Of a stretch of 64,000 nt of DNA, positions 26,312 to 39,186 are shown piece after piece (the first letter of the stretch is position 1; each line of letters begins with the position of its first letter). The translations under genes were made by a program, and so were the position numbers. The notes below the pieces were generated by a model. The model was not told the origin of the DNA. It made no database searches and worked only from the letters and a program-made list of their open reading frames with translations. Source of the stretch: Octopus sinensis (lineage: Eukaryota); the NCBI RefSeq assembly GCF_006345805.1, contig NC_042999.1:75888001-75952000 (forward strand), read 5' to 3'.

Positions 26312-28489
26312 ATGTATATCTATGTACATACATATAACAATGATATATCAATTTTAAAAGACCCTAATTAATGTTATTTATCTTTGAAGAGAATCTCTCC
26401 GTAACTGTCAGCAACAAGTTGTGAAACTTTATGAATATTTTAGGAAAAGATTCGTAAGTATTGACTGTTAGTTACAGATACTTCTCCACACTGACGTCTG
26501 ACACCGGTGAACACTGTTCGAATGGAAACATTGTATTCTGTAGTAATACAAATATCTTCTATGAAATAAGGTTCTAGCAGCCGTAACTTTGTACGCGTTT
26601 CGCAGATGTAACAGTAATAAATACAGATTTGCATTCTTAAATATAACGTATTTTATTTCAAGTAATACTAGATCTGCTCTACATTTATAATATTCCGGTA
26701 GTTCGTCACACTCAAGTATGTGCAATGCCAAAGTTACCACATAATTTGAATTCAAGAGACTGTGCATAAGAATTTAAGATACAGTGAATTTGCTTTTAAG
26801 ATTCTCATATTAATATTGTAATTAATACCTTGTTCACTCAATCATCCCTCTTCCCCACATCACATATCTATGTCATTTTGATCGAATTTTATTAATGAGA
26901 CGATTTCATTAATCGTTGGAAAACCATCTATTATCCTATGATTTGAACTCTGCACTGCAAGTAAAATCAACGACAGCTACAACAACTACTACAATCAAAA
27001 CAACAACAACAACACAATGTAGCGCTCCCTCTATTTGCAGTAGAGAATTGTTCCTGTCCACAACAGTTATTTTACGACTAAGTAGTGCTTCTGGCTATCA
27101 TGTGTTAAGCGAAATATAAACCGACGCCAACGCCCCAGTAATCGAAATTTATACAAATGATGTATAGATTTTGTTGAAACAATCTGCTATATGACCATTA
27201 AATAAACTCTTCCAAAATTTACACAGTCGGCTCTGTTAGTTTTAATCTTTGTCGATACGTAGTTGTTTTGGAGTTCGGCCAAATTAACTTCTGCATTAGA
27301 CATCTTTTACAGATACACATATGCATACACATATGTATGAATAGGACATACACACGTACACGCACGCGTATATTCGCCCAGATGTATATACTATATATTA
27401 TATTATATGACATTATATTATATCCCGGTAACTTAGGTTGATAGAGTAACCAGTTACAATTCAATGCGTTTGTTTCATCACTGAATTTGGTTGTGACGAC
27501 TGTATTATCTTCACAATCTCTTTCAGTAGTAACCTTTTCAGTATCGAAAGAGACGATCTCTATTAAGAGTAGAAATTCCACTTCATTGTTACGTTCAGAT
27601 AAAAGCAAACACATATTTTGTTAGTATAATTGGTCGGCAGTAAACATCTGTATGTATGTATATCTATGTATGTATATTATATATTTGTGTGTTACTTTAG
27701 ATATTGAGTTAAATAACACACAGATAGACACCTAGTTGAAGACATTTTAATTATGCTATTAACACTTTTAAACAAACACATAAACATCGCACAATTTATG
27801 CTTTTTTTCTTTCTTCTTAAAAAATTAGGTTGTGAGGATAAATAGTAGAATAGTCTACAGTCTAAATAAGTATTAATCATAAATATAATGACACTAAAGT
27901 CTCAGGGACCATAGTGTATCTACACAGTCATTTACTTAGATCCATTATTTCCAAGAATATGGCCCTGTGTCAGTCCAAGAAATTAGTATCTAAATAATGT
28001 ATATATTTGTGTGTGTATGTGTGTGTGTATCGCACGCAAACGTAAAATGTCAGTCAAACGAATTTCCTTATGCAGCTGATTATGCAATAATAATAATAAT
28101 AATAATGATAATAATTACTGTTTATAAGAACATCTATTATAATTTGAACTCAGCACTGCAAGTATTAAACATTCGTTAATACAGCAGTGAACTGTTCATC
28201 CCGACAACATCTATTTGCATCAGTAAGGAGTTGACTAGCCAGATTTAAATACTATGGACAGGATAAAAATCACAAATTTGTCTCCTCCTATCAATTTCTG
28301 CATATTTATTTTAAAGCATCTTGTTCACTGATTTCCGACGAATAACTCGCGTACATTTTCTATATTTTGGTAATAGATAGAATTGATAAAATAGGTGTTA
28401 AGTGTTTCAATGTTTCTAAGCGACTAAACTTCTTAAATCGCAGGATATACATTTCTATGCATAACATAATATACTACTAAATATGGTTA

Positions 28490-28700
28490 AGTTTTGGCAC
28501 CAGGCCAGATATGTCGAAGGGGGAAAGTCGATTACAAAAATTCCATTTTTTTTTTCTTACTGGCACTAATTCCATCTGTATCGAAATGAAGAATGGCAAA
28601 ATTGATCTCAGCGGGATTTTGAACTCAGAACGTAACGTGTCGGAAGAAATGCTGCAAAGCTTTTTGTCCAATGTGCGAACGATTTTGCCAGCTCACCTTT
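28490..28700 (-). mobile_element. SINE family B, degraded
   Basis: Reverse-strand head (GCCAGCTCACCTT) and B-box segment (TTTGAACTCAGAACGTAAC). Confidence 0.65.
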
Positions 28701-28847
28701 TTAAAGTACTGCTAAGTACAATTTCAACGAGTCGTATAGGGTTAAAAAATATCCTTCGTGTCCTATCCATTTGACTAAAGATGATTTACTTCATAGATAT
28801 AGAGAAAATAAATTAGATCGACTGAGCAGATAAATGACAAAATACAA

Positions 28848-29400
28848 TAATGTGTTAAGACAAATGTTTTGTAATATTTTGGTAACTCATTTACTTTATT
28901 CATAAAATTACAACAAAAGCAGCCGAGCATTCATAGTAGAGGCTATCGTGTCGCACCATCTAAAGCCACCTTTCTGCCAGTTCTTTGATCCTACGCTGAT
29001 ATCAGTTCTTGTCTTTCGAGGCGAAGAACTCCTGCAGTAAAGCTTCCAACTCTTTTTGTTTGATGAAGAGTTGTGAGCTCAGGAAGTGAGCCATGCATTG
29101 GAACGAGTAACAATCCGAAGGAGCTAGGTCCGGACTTTATGCTGGGTGCGACATCAGTTCGATTCCTTCAAGTTCAAGCGGTATGAGGTCTTGCGCTGTT
29201 TTGCAGCCGAAGAGCTCGCTTTCTGTTAACTAATGTCGGTTACATTTGACGCACAATGGAATCCATCTGTTCCAGCTTTTCGGACTACAGGTTAGCATCG
29301 AAGGCTCAAACGCGCACTGAATTATCCCCTGATAATTCTATCAGACGCAAATCATCACCTTTGCGTTCGAAACGGCCATGTTTGCCGACAGTTTCCGGAA
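28848..29400 (-). pseudogene. Mariner transposase C-terminus and element end
   Basis: Minus translation GIELMSHPA*SPDLAPSDCYSFQCMAHFL...QEFFASKDKN*YQRRIKELAERW contains the YSPDLAPSD motif. Confidence 0.85.
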
Positions 29401-29485
29401 ACTAAGCCTTACTTAACTATGCCTATGCACGTTAGGATTCTGAAATCTCTCTCTCGATCTATCTCTTTCTCTCTCTCTGTCTCTG

Positions 29486-29564
<79 letters not shown>

Positions 29565-29611
29565 CGGATTATTACCTGCTCTGATCCATGCCTCGCGACT
29601 CTTCATCAGCG

Positions 29612-29762
29612 AAGCGTAGGCTCAAAGAACTGGCAAAAAGGTAGCTTCAGACGATGCAACATGGTGGCCTCTATTTTGAATGCTTGACTACTTTTGTTAT
29701 AATTTAACGAATAAATCAAATAAGTTACAAAAATATTGCAAAACTTTTGACACAATACAATA
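29612..29762 (+). mobile_element. Second copy of the same mariner 3' end, opposite orientation
   Basis: CAAAGAACTGGCAAAAAGGTAGC...AAAACTTTTGACACAATACAATA is a diverged reverse complement of 28848-28995. Confidence 0.75.
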
Positions 29763-31004
29763 TATTATCATCCTCATGTGATTCATTCACAGGGAATTAA
29801 TATTTAAGTAAAGTGGGAATGCTATTAGAAAAACCTTCATAATTAACTGACATAGGTGTTAGTTATATAATTTTGGATGTCAAGATACATTTACTTTTTA
29901 TATCTTTTACACTATTTTAATAAAAAGTGTTAGATACAGTATAATAGATATAAGAAAATGTTACAAAATTTAAATGAACGCATCTTAACTATAAATAATC
30001 GCTGGAAATAGTGCAAGATACTAGATGATGGAAGAATTAACGAATAGTATTTCATTTATGTTGACAATGGAAAAATATTCATAAGGTGACTTATAATATT
30101 CGATTCTTATATCAGGATTTCCATTTGACTATTACTTTACATGTACCTTTGGAGAATTAAATTCTTTATGTAAATACTGATTTCAAGATAAATAATATAC
30201 AAATACAAAATTGTAAATACAGGTTGGGCCAAAATTCACGCAGCAAAATATTTGCCATTTTATTTATATTCCGTTATTAATATTATTATTCATTCTGTTC
30301 ATCATGCACCAGTACGTATGCATATATCATTTTTAAAATTCAATTTTTTAAAATATTGAACCATATCTGTGACAATTCTGGCACGTTTAGAACTTATTTT
30401 GTGTCTATCTTATAGTCCACACTGTAATATTCTACTCTTGATACCTACTTCTACATAGAAAGACTGTCTAAAAAATAAAACCTTTGATATCTACTTCCAA
30501 AGGATAGGCATGGCATTCATGCTTTTCTCACAGGCACAACCTCTCGAAATAAAGTAAAATGACTGTTCATTTCAAATATTAACTTCTTGCTTCAGTGAAA
30601 ATTCACAAATATTTGCAGCAAAGGGAAAACGTTTTGAGTTGATGACTTGTTCAACAAATATTTGTTATGAGTGGTGTAACTTCAAACGAATATTTGCAGG
30701 GGGCGAAAATGGGTGTAACGAAGTATATCTACATCAGTGTGACTGCTTTATCAAGACTAAATATAAGAGAGATAAATAATCGAACTTAGAGAGCCTAGAG
30801 GAAATTTATTACATGTTGCGGGCTTTTAAATCTAATGTTTTATCGCTTCTGACATTAATTTTAAAAAGGATTTCCTTTAATACATGAGGTATAAACGCAG
30901 CCTTTTCGAATGTCCTTGGTAAAGATGGGTGATTCGAATGAACTCTAGCCCATTACTAGTATTGCATTATCTAACCAAGACTAACGAAAGAACTGATATA
31001 AATA

Positions 31005-32285
31005 CGAGGGACGTTCAATAAGTAATGCCTCTGACCCACTTGCAGTTGTTTGATCTAGCTGAAATTTTGCATGTGCAATTATTTATATCTCTATAGAGTA
31101 AGTGGCAAATTACAGCTCTGAATTAATTGTGGTTTCTGATTTACAGGTGTTTGAACCGAGTCAAGTGTGAAATGGAGCCTGTTGAGTGTCGAGCAGTGAT
31201 CCGGTTTTTGTATTTGAAAGGACGCACACCCGGGAGACTTTTGATGAAATGAAAGTAACTTATGGTGATGATGCCCCATCATATGACCTTGTAAAACGCT
31301 GGCATCGTGAATTCAAACATGGTCGGAACTCTGTGGAAACAGCTCCCAGATCTGGTCGCCCTCTTCTGCCATTAATGAGGCATCTGTCGTCCGTCAGTTG
31401 GAGGCTGCCATTTTGGAAGATCGACGCATAATTATTCGCCAAATAGCCCTGAGGTCAAGATTAGTACCGGGTCTGTGGAAACTATCATTCATGACCATTT
31501 GCATATGCAAAAGGTGTCTGCCAGATGGATTCCCAAGTTGCTCACGCCTTTCCAGAAGCAAGAACGCGTCGAGTGCTCGAGGTGAATTTGGAGATGTGCC
31601 AAGAGATGAGTCAAAATTTTTCAAAAGACTGGTTACACAGGATGAAACCTGGGTCCATCACAATGATCCAGAGACCAAAGCCCAGTCAATGCAGTGGAAG
31701 CACCGTGACTCACCCCCTCCAAGAAGGCAAGGGTGCAGCCCTCCGCTGGCAAGGTCATGCTCACAGTCTTCTGGGACCAGGACGGAGTAATGATGACAGA
31801 TTTCCTGGCAAAGGGTATCACAATTACAGGAGCCTATTATGCTTCACTTTTGAGGAAATTAAGAGAAGTTATCAAAATCAAGAGGCGGGGCAAGATCAGC
31901 AAAGGCATCCTCCTTCTGCAGGACAACGCTCCGGTCCACAACTCGCTTGTCGCCAGATCAGAAGCACAGGCGTATGGCTATGAACTCCTCCCCCATCCCC
32001 CTACTTTCCTGACCTTGCACCCTCTGATTTTGCACCCAGTCATGAAGTTGTTTTTGAAAGGAAAGCGTTTCCCAGATGATGCAGCCTTGATTTCTGAAGT
32101 CACATTCAGGTTGGAGGACCAAGCTGGGGTCTTCTACAAAAACGGTCTCCAGAGCTGCATCAAGCAATGGGAGAAATGCGTAACTCTGGGTGGTTCCTAT
32201 GTAGAAAAAGACTAACTGTGCCAAGTTTCGTTGCTCTACTGCTATGGGAAGTGGGTCAGGGGCATTACTTATTGAACGCCCCTCG
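31005..32285 (+). mobile_element. Full-length mariner transposon (DD34D, irritans/Himar1-like), 1281 bp
   Basis: 37-bp TIRs CGAGGGRCGTTCAATAAGTAATGCCYCTGACCCACTT (2 mismatches) and TA TSDs at 31003-31004 and 32286-32287. Confidence 0.97.
31172..32215 (+). pseudogene. Mariner transposase, frameshifted
   Basis: MEPVECRAVIRFL, EFKHGRNSVETAPRSGRP, WIPKLL, VTQDETWVH, LLQDNAPVH, ELLPHPP, WEKCVTLGGSYVEK spread over several frames. Confidence 0.95.
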
Positions 32286-32294
32286 TATGAACAC

Positions 32295-32667
32295 CATTTA
32301 TAGAACCAAAATCACAGGAAAGTACTAATTCTTGTGGCCTCATTTACAGAACTGCTAAGGAGGCATAAACAAGGACTGCTACGGAGGCATAAACAAACAC
32401 CAGTTGTCAAACAATGGTGGGGGACAAACACAGACACTTTTATATATGCTTTAAATATGTGAGTATGTTTATACACACACATACATAAATACATACACAA
32501 ACACACACACAATGAGAAATGGCACGTTTTCCGTCTAGCATATTTACTCGGAAGGCATTGGTTGGCCCGGATCTATAGTAGGAGACACTTATCCAAGGTG
32601 CGGTGTAGTAGGACTGAACCAGAAGCCGAGTGTTTGCAAAGTGAGCTTCTTAACCTCACATCAATGC
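32295..32667 (-). mobile_element. SINE family A, degraded
   Basis: Reverse-strand body (ACAGAACTGCTAAG, CCAGTTGTCAAAC, ACACTTATCCAAGGTGC, GGACTGAACC). Confidence 0.7.
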
Positions 32668-33177
32668 CTGAAAAAAAGAATGTTTTTATTAAAAACAGTA
32701 CCATTATAGCAAAGGATCGAACACAATACAATGACTTCTTCATGATAAGAATTTAAAGAGAAATTTCACTTTGGTATGGTAATTAAAATCAATTCAGGTG
32801 AAGTCTTTCAAATATATTCTTCTCTTCTCACTTTCGTAATAACGTTTTAAAGATGTTATTATTTTAATGGCAAATCCCAACAACAAATAAAGTGTTTACG
32901 TTTATTCAATTTATTTTTCGATGATACGAATTTGTTATTGTTGTTGTTGGAATAAATTGCCTTGTCACGGCATAAACAAATGTTTTCTCATTAGTGATTA
33001 CCAGGATTATTGTTATTCTTTCATGAATATCTTCTCATCAAACCATCACCTAATCATCGGTCATATGTAAGTTTTCAAAGCAATTTTAGTTGTTTAAATG
33101 GCGCTTATAATCAATGAAAGCTGTCAGGCAAACAAACTAGTTTAAAGTTTTTTTCTTTTAAAATGAATTCTTAAGCA

Positions 33178-33231
<54 letters not shown>

Positions 33232-33724
33232 ATTTTGTTTTACTGATGATCATAAAGGTTACCGTTGATACAGAAATTTTATTGATTTAAATTTATAAAG
33301 AGTAAATAACGACATTTACTAAAGAAAATTAATATCATCATCACGAACGAAACTTTTGTTTTTTCTGTTTCTTTACTTTAATAATTCTTATAATGGAAAG
33401 AAGTTCTAAAAGCACACACACGTGCCCGCCCCCACCCCACACGCACACTCTTTCATTTACGTATGCATATATGCATATAATCATATAGATTTGCATACAC
33501 AGACTCGGTGTTTGTCTTTATATGCATCGGTGTGTGTATGTGTGTTTGTGTGCGAGTGTGTGTGCGACAACGCCACCATCGATGACTCGTCGAAGTCACT
33601 GCCGATCAAAAAGTTAGTAACATTTGATCTACATATACAGCAAGCCCCGTTTTTCATTTAATTTTCGCAGGTTTATTTAACCACATACACACACACACAA
33701 ACACACACACAAACACACACACAA

Positions 33725-33781
<57 letters not shown>

Positions 33782-33944
33782 CACACATACACACGAACAC
33801 ACACACACACAATGACACACATACAGTTCATATAGACTGTGAAATAACATTTAAATTATAATATGGATGAATTTTATAGCAAAACATTTTTAAGAGAAAC
33901 TTTGGTTGATTTGGTCGTGTGTGTGTGTGTGTGTGTGTAGATTT

Positions 33945-34110
33945 ACGTTTTACTTGTTATAGGACTGCGGACATGCTGGGGCACCGGCTTGAAGGATTTT
34001 TAGTCAGACGACTAAAAAGGTGAGTACTTATTCTATCGATCTTCTTTGCTGAACCACTAGGTTACGAGTACGTAAACAAACCAACATCAATTGTGAAGCA
34101 GTGGTCACAC

Positions 34111-34148
<38 letters not shown>
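33945..34148 (-). mobile_element. SINE family A 3' half
   Basis: GACTGCGGACATGCTGGGGCACCG and TACTTATTCTATCG on the reverse strand. Confidence 0.65.
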
Positions 34149-34152
<4 letters not shown>

Positions 34153-34270
34153 TGCATTTTTCCTTCTTTCTCTTTGGACTTTCCTCTTTCCGACGAAGAG
34201 CTCAGCTCAAAACGTTAACAACAACTCTCTCCTTTCACCGAACGTCAAATTAATGTATTTCTTGTGCAAA

Positions 34271-34620
34271 GCGTAGGAGTAGCTTGCTTACGAACTACAT
34301 AGTTCTGGGTTTAGTGCCACAGCGTGGCACTTTGGGCAAGTGTCTTTATGTGAGTGGGTTTGGTAGACGGAAACTGAAAGAAGCCCGTCGTATGTATGTA
34401 TGTATATATATATGTATGTGTGCATGTGTTTTTACCCCCAACATCGCTTGACAACCGATGGTGACGTGTTTACGTCCCCGTAACTTAGCAGTTCGGCAAA
34501 AGAGACCGATAGAATAAGTACTAGACTTCCAAAGAATAAGTCGTGGGGTCGGTGTGCTCGACTAAAGGCGGTGCTCCAGCATCGCCACAGTCAAATGACT
34601 GAACAATTAAGAGTAAGAGT
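34271..34620 (+). mobile_element. SINE family A with internal deletion
   Basis: Head GCGTAGGAGTAGCTTGC, body and AAGAGT tail match 15103-15520. Confidence 0.85.
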
Positions 34621-34654
34621 TCTCATAGTTTTTCTCTGTTTTCTAATTGTTTGC

Positions 34655-34735
<81 letters not shown>

Positions 34736-35414
34736 TTGTGTATATGAGAAGAAAAAGAAAATGGAGTGTTTATTATTAATAGCAATTTATTCATCATCCC
34801 TTACAGCTGTTTCAGTTAATACTCAGTTAATATCAAGTAGATATTAAATTTATTTGACCTGAACATAATATCTTCAGAGGGAAAATTATACCCTTGTATG
34901 TTATCTACAAGGTGTTTATGGATTCATTATAGCAGACTGAATGATATGGTTTATGATTTGTATTGTTATATGTACGGGCGAGGGGTTTACTGGTTGATTG
35001 GAGATAAGATAGAGTGAGAAGGTAAATAGAATTACAACAATAAATGCATAGTGAGGATAGAGGAAATTTAAATATAAACAAGGAAAGTTCATAGTTAATA
35101 CAGAAATGGAATATTCGTTTGTAAGGTATAAATAAAGTTATGAAAATGTGTATATATGCAAGTACGCACATATACACTTGCACACATAGATATATGTATC
35201 CGTGCGTCCATATATATGCACAAACACATACTCATATACTCACACATATACATACATCCACATGTACACACACATCTACGCATATACGTATATACGTATA
35301 TACACATATACATGGCGAGTACATTACTACGTATGCACACTCATCTATGTATGTATATATATATTATGCGTTTACACATTTTAGCCATCACCTCTGAGAA
35401 GAAATTTTTGCTTA

Positions 35415-35467
<53 letters not shown>

Positions 35468-35479
35468 GAGGTGCTAGAA

Positions 35480-35815
35480 TTTAAATTCACAGATGACCAA
35501 ACCTTCTAAGTTAAGTCCAATCTCACCTACAACACGGAAAATTTGATCTACGTAATTATGCAATGGCTGCTAACATAATTGCCAACGGGCGGATTGCTAC
35601 GCAATAGAATGACAACCCATCACCAACAGATCTCAGACAAAAGCACAAGGAAGATTCCTTAACCTGTGCAGGAATGGTCTTAACAAATTTCAAAATATTT
35701 CCCCTTTACAAGTGCTCAGATTCCTTCAAACAATAACAAAGACTAAAAGAAATGCAATTTATCAACAAGTATAAACCACAATCAAATATAGACGCAACCA
35801 CATCCAATATATAAG
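35480..35815 (+). pseudogene. Penelope-like element GIY-YIG endonuclease relic
   Basis: VKSNLTYNTENLIYVI..CNGC...TGGLLRNRM...RLKEMQFINKYKP matches the PLE EN pattern TC.S.NLIY.I.C..C...G.T..LR.R. Confidence 0.7.
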
Positions 35816-36726
35816 AACAGACACTTAAAACCAATTTCATACATAATATTATCGTTTTGAAAAATACTTCCCCTCATTTAGTAAATCCTTTTTCCAATAT
35901 TCATATATGCCAACACAACACAACTCTGTACACATACGCACATGCACAAAAAAGAAAACATCACAAAACACACACACATATAAACACACACACACACATG
36001 TATTTACACACATACAAAAGAAAACATCACAAAAAACATATAAACACAACTATGTACACACACACAACATACACATAAAAATAAACATCGCGAAAAAATA
36101 CACATGCACAAATGCATCCACACATACACTCACGCACACACACACGCACACACACACACACGAACACACACATACAGTTGATGACCACACACATACACAC
36201 ACGTGGAGACACTCAAAATAATAGATCTAACCCAAAGAAAAATCCTAATTCTTTCTCCAAGACATTTTTCACAACATACACACCCATCAACTTACAGCTG
36301 GTCATTTTCTAAACATATTGAAAGGACATTCAACACCGCACACACACACACACACACACATACACACACAGGTGGACATAAAAACCCATTCAATAAATGA
36401 CTTTTAGTCACTCTCTTGGCAGGAACCCACAAAGATTTCTTTTTGACAATAGACACCCCTTTTCTCACTCTCTAACACTTTGAACTCTATACCAAACTAT
36501 ACTTCAAGAAGACTTCAATGAAAAATTTCCAGACATGTTCTTGACCCCCAGACAGAAGATAGATTGTTTTTATATCAATTTTCATAAACTTGTACTAACA
36601 TTTGATAAGATGAGATACATCGGAACTGATAATATTTTCTTTATATAATTTTAAAATCATTTTTATTAAAATCCTTCTTAAATTGAAATGTCTTAGACTT
36701 ACTTCTGTGCTATTTCCACCTCCATC

Positions 36727-36760
<34 letters not shown>

Positions 36761-36912
36761 GCACACACACGCCAATACATAAAGAAACACACGCCTAGAG
36801 GCGCATACATTCGCCTGCACAGACACACATATATGTACACATGCACTCAGACATAACATGTACTTATATACATATAAATATTTATACATACATATACGCA
36901 CGTACATATACA

Positions 36913-37182
<270 letters not shown>

Positions 37183-37614
37183 GCATATATACTTATATAC
37201 ATGTATACACAGATGCACATACATCCGCACACATGCATGCCCATATACATATGTGGCTATACGTATATGCAGGCTCATATAGAGATACATAATATATGTA
37301 GATAGATATGTCACATATATGTACGCATATACACTCATATACATGTACGTCTCAGTATACATATATACACACACACACACTTGTATCTACAGATGTATAC
37401 ATATATACTCACACATATTTTTACACACATACGCAGGTGTACATGTATACATTCACACTCATTTTCGTATACACTTGCTTGTATTATTTATCGGCCCCGA
37501 AGGTAAAGAAAGCAGAGGTGACTTCGGCAGGATTTGAACTCAGGGCGCAGGGATCAGAAACATTTACTGCAAAACATTCTACTAGAAGCCCTATTTTAGT
37601 TCTATATTCAAGAG

Positions 37615-37752
37615 ATGAGGAATTATGTACATTATTTACATTATTTTCAATTCACGGATATTTGTCCTCGTCTTGTTTGTTGTTAACACAACGTTTTGGC
37701 CGATATACTCTCCAGCCTTCATCAGGTGTCTTGGAAAAATTTCGAACCTGGG
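37615..37752 (-). mobile_element. Penelope-type terminal repeat (pLTR) fragment, left copy
   Basis: Reverse complement of 38268-38380; carries a hammerhead motif. Confidence 0.7.
37686..37729 (-). ncRNA. Minimal type I hammerhead ribozyme motif (G12 mutated to A)
   Basis: ACAC-CUGAUGA-A-GGCUG(10-nt loop)CGGCC-AAAAC-GUU-GUGU; stem I is ACAC/GUGU and stem II has 5 bp. Confidence 0.7.
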
Positions 37753-37791
37753 TTCTCATGCTTAAAGTATTTTTTGCTGTTGTTGTTGTTG

Positions 37792-37856
<65 letters not shown>

Positions 37857-37861
37857 ATTAC

Positions 37862-37928
37862 TCAGTTCATTCTTGGGGTTAAGAGCGCGGGCTACTAACC
37901 CCAAGATTCCGAGTTCGATTTCAAACAG
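37862..37928 (+). other. Isolated tRNA-like SINE head remnant with a perfect 10-bp hairpin
   Basis: GGTTAAGAGCGCGGGCTACTAACCCCAAGATTCCGAGTTCGATT has tRNA-like order with a B-box-like GAGTTCGATT. TCTTGGGGTT/AACCCCAAGA form the stem. Confidence 0.5.
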
Positions 37929-37930
37929 TG

Positions 37931-37975
<45 letters not shown>

Positions 37976-37989
37976 TAATAATAATAATA

Positions 37990-38260
37990 ATAATAAATGC
38001 CCTGATGCAGTACCAGACTGGCTCTCATGGTTTCTGATCTTAACTGATTGGAATTGTTATCATGTACATTATTTTGTCTTGGTATAAAAGATGGGCTACA
38101 GCAAATATTCTGCTCAAGACCACATATTTGCATGTCAGTTGTTTGAACTTAACCAGTTGAGCATGTCCCTTAGTGGATGACGATATGTGCATCTCTGACC
38201 ACGAACAGAAGTAGTTGGGGAGCATCATGGCCCTGTGTTGAAAGGAATTCTTAGAGGTTA
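37990..38260 (-). mobile_element. Non-LTR retroelement 3' end with (TAA)n-type tail, clade unassigned
   Basis: The open frame ending VVLSRIFAVAHLLYQDKIMYMITIPIS* runs into a triplet-repeat tail. Confidence 0.4.
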
Positions 38261-38267
38261 AGATAAT

Positions 38268-38380
38268 GCCAGGTTCGAAATTTGTCCAAGACACCCGATG
38301 AAGGCTGGAGCGTATATCAGCCGAAACGTTGTGTTAACAACAAACAAGATGACAAACATCCGTCAGTTGTAAATAATGTA
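38268..38380 (+). mobile_element. Penelope-type terminal repeat (pLTR) fragment, right copy
   Basis: Inverted homologue of 37615-37752. Confidence 0.7.
38291..38334 (+). ncRNA. Minimal type I hammerhead ribozyme motif (U4 mutated to C)
   Basis: ACAC-CCGAUGA-A-GGCUG(GAGCGUAUAU)CAGCC-GAAAC-GUU-GUGU. Confidence 0.72.
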
Positions 38381-38408
38381 GAAGTCCTATTTCACACACA
38401 CCTATATG

Positions 38409-38504
<96 letters not shown>

Positions 38505-38507
38505 TAC

Positions 38508-38551
<44 letters not shown>

Positions 38552-39111
38552 TATATTATATATATATATATATATATAATATATATAGATGCTTATATGT
38601 GTGTGTATAATTGTATGTTTTTTTTACGCCGAGTTTCGCCACAGTTTGAGTTGTTTACAGCTGGCGAGAGCAGACCAGCCTCGAGACGAATTGAAAACAC
38701 CCTGTGAAAGTTTATGATAAGCGTGCTACCCACTCTACCCGATGTATTGAGTTTTCTATCAGATAATCTTTGTACTATGTGAAATGTATTTTAGCATTCT
38801 CTCCAATACATATATTATGATATGCCTATATGTGCGTGCGTGAGTGTGTGTGTGTGTGTACGTGTGTGTGTGTACGTGTTGTGTGTGTGTGTGTGTGTGT
38901 GTAAAAGAGAGAACTGGATCCTGAAAAGAGAGAGTTACAGAGGGCTTGAAAGAAGGAGAGTGAGAAAAAGTAGTTAGTGTTCATTTCACACTATGCATAG
39001 ATAAGATGCAATTTTGCATCCGCAGTTCTAAGGTAATTACATCATTGCTGATTGCTGTAAACTAATTATATGTCTGATAATTATAGCAGAAATAATAATA
39101 ATAATAATAAT

Positions 39112-39186
<75 letters not shown>

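Noticed and set aside
26440-27614. Short non-repetitive minus-strand ORFs
   Set aside because: No motif recognised, and they are interrupted by simple repeats.
30218-30260. TA-CAGGTTGGGCC Tc1/mariner-like terminus
   Set aside because: I found no matching opposite terminus nearby.
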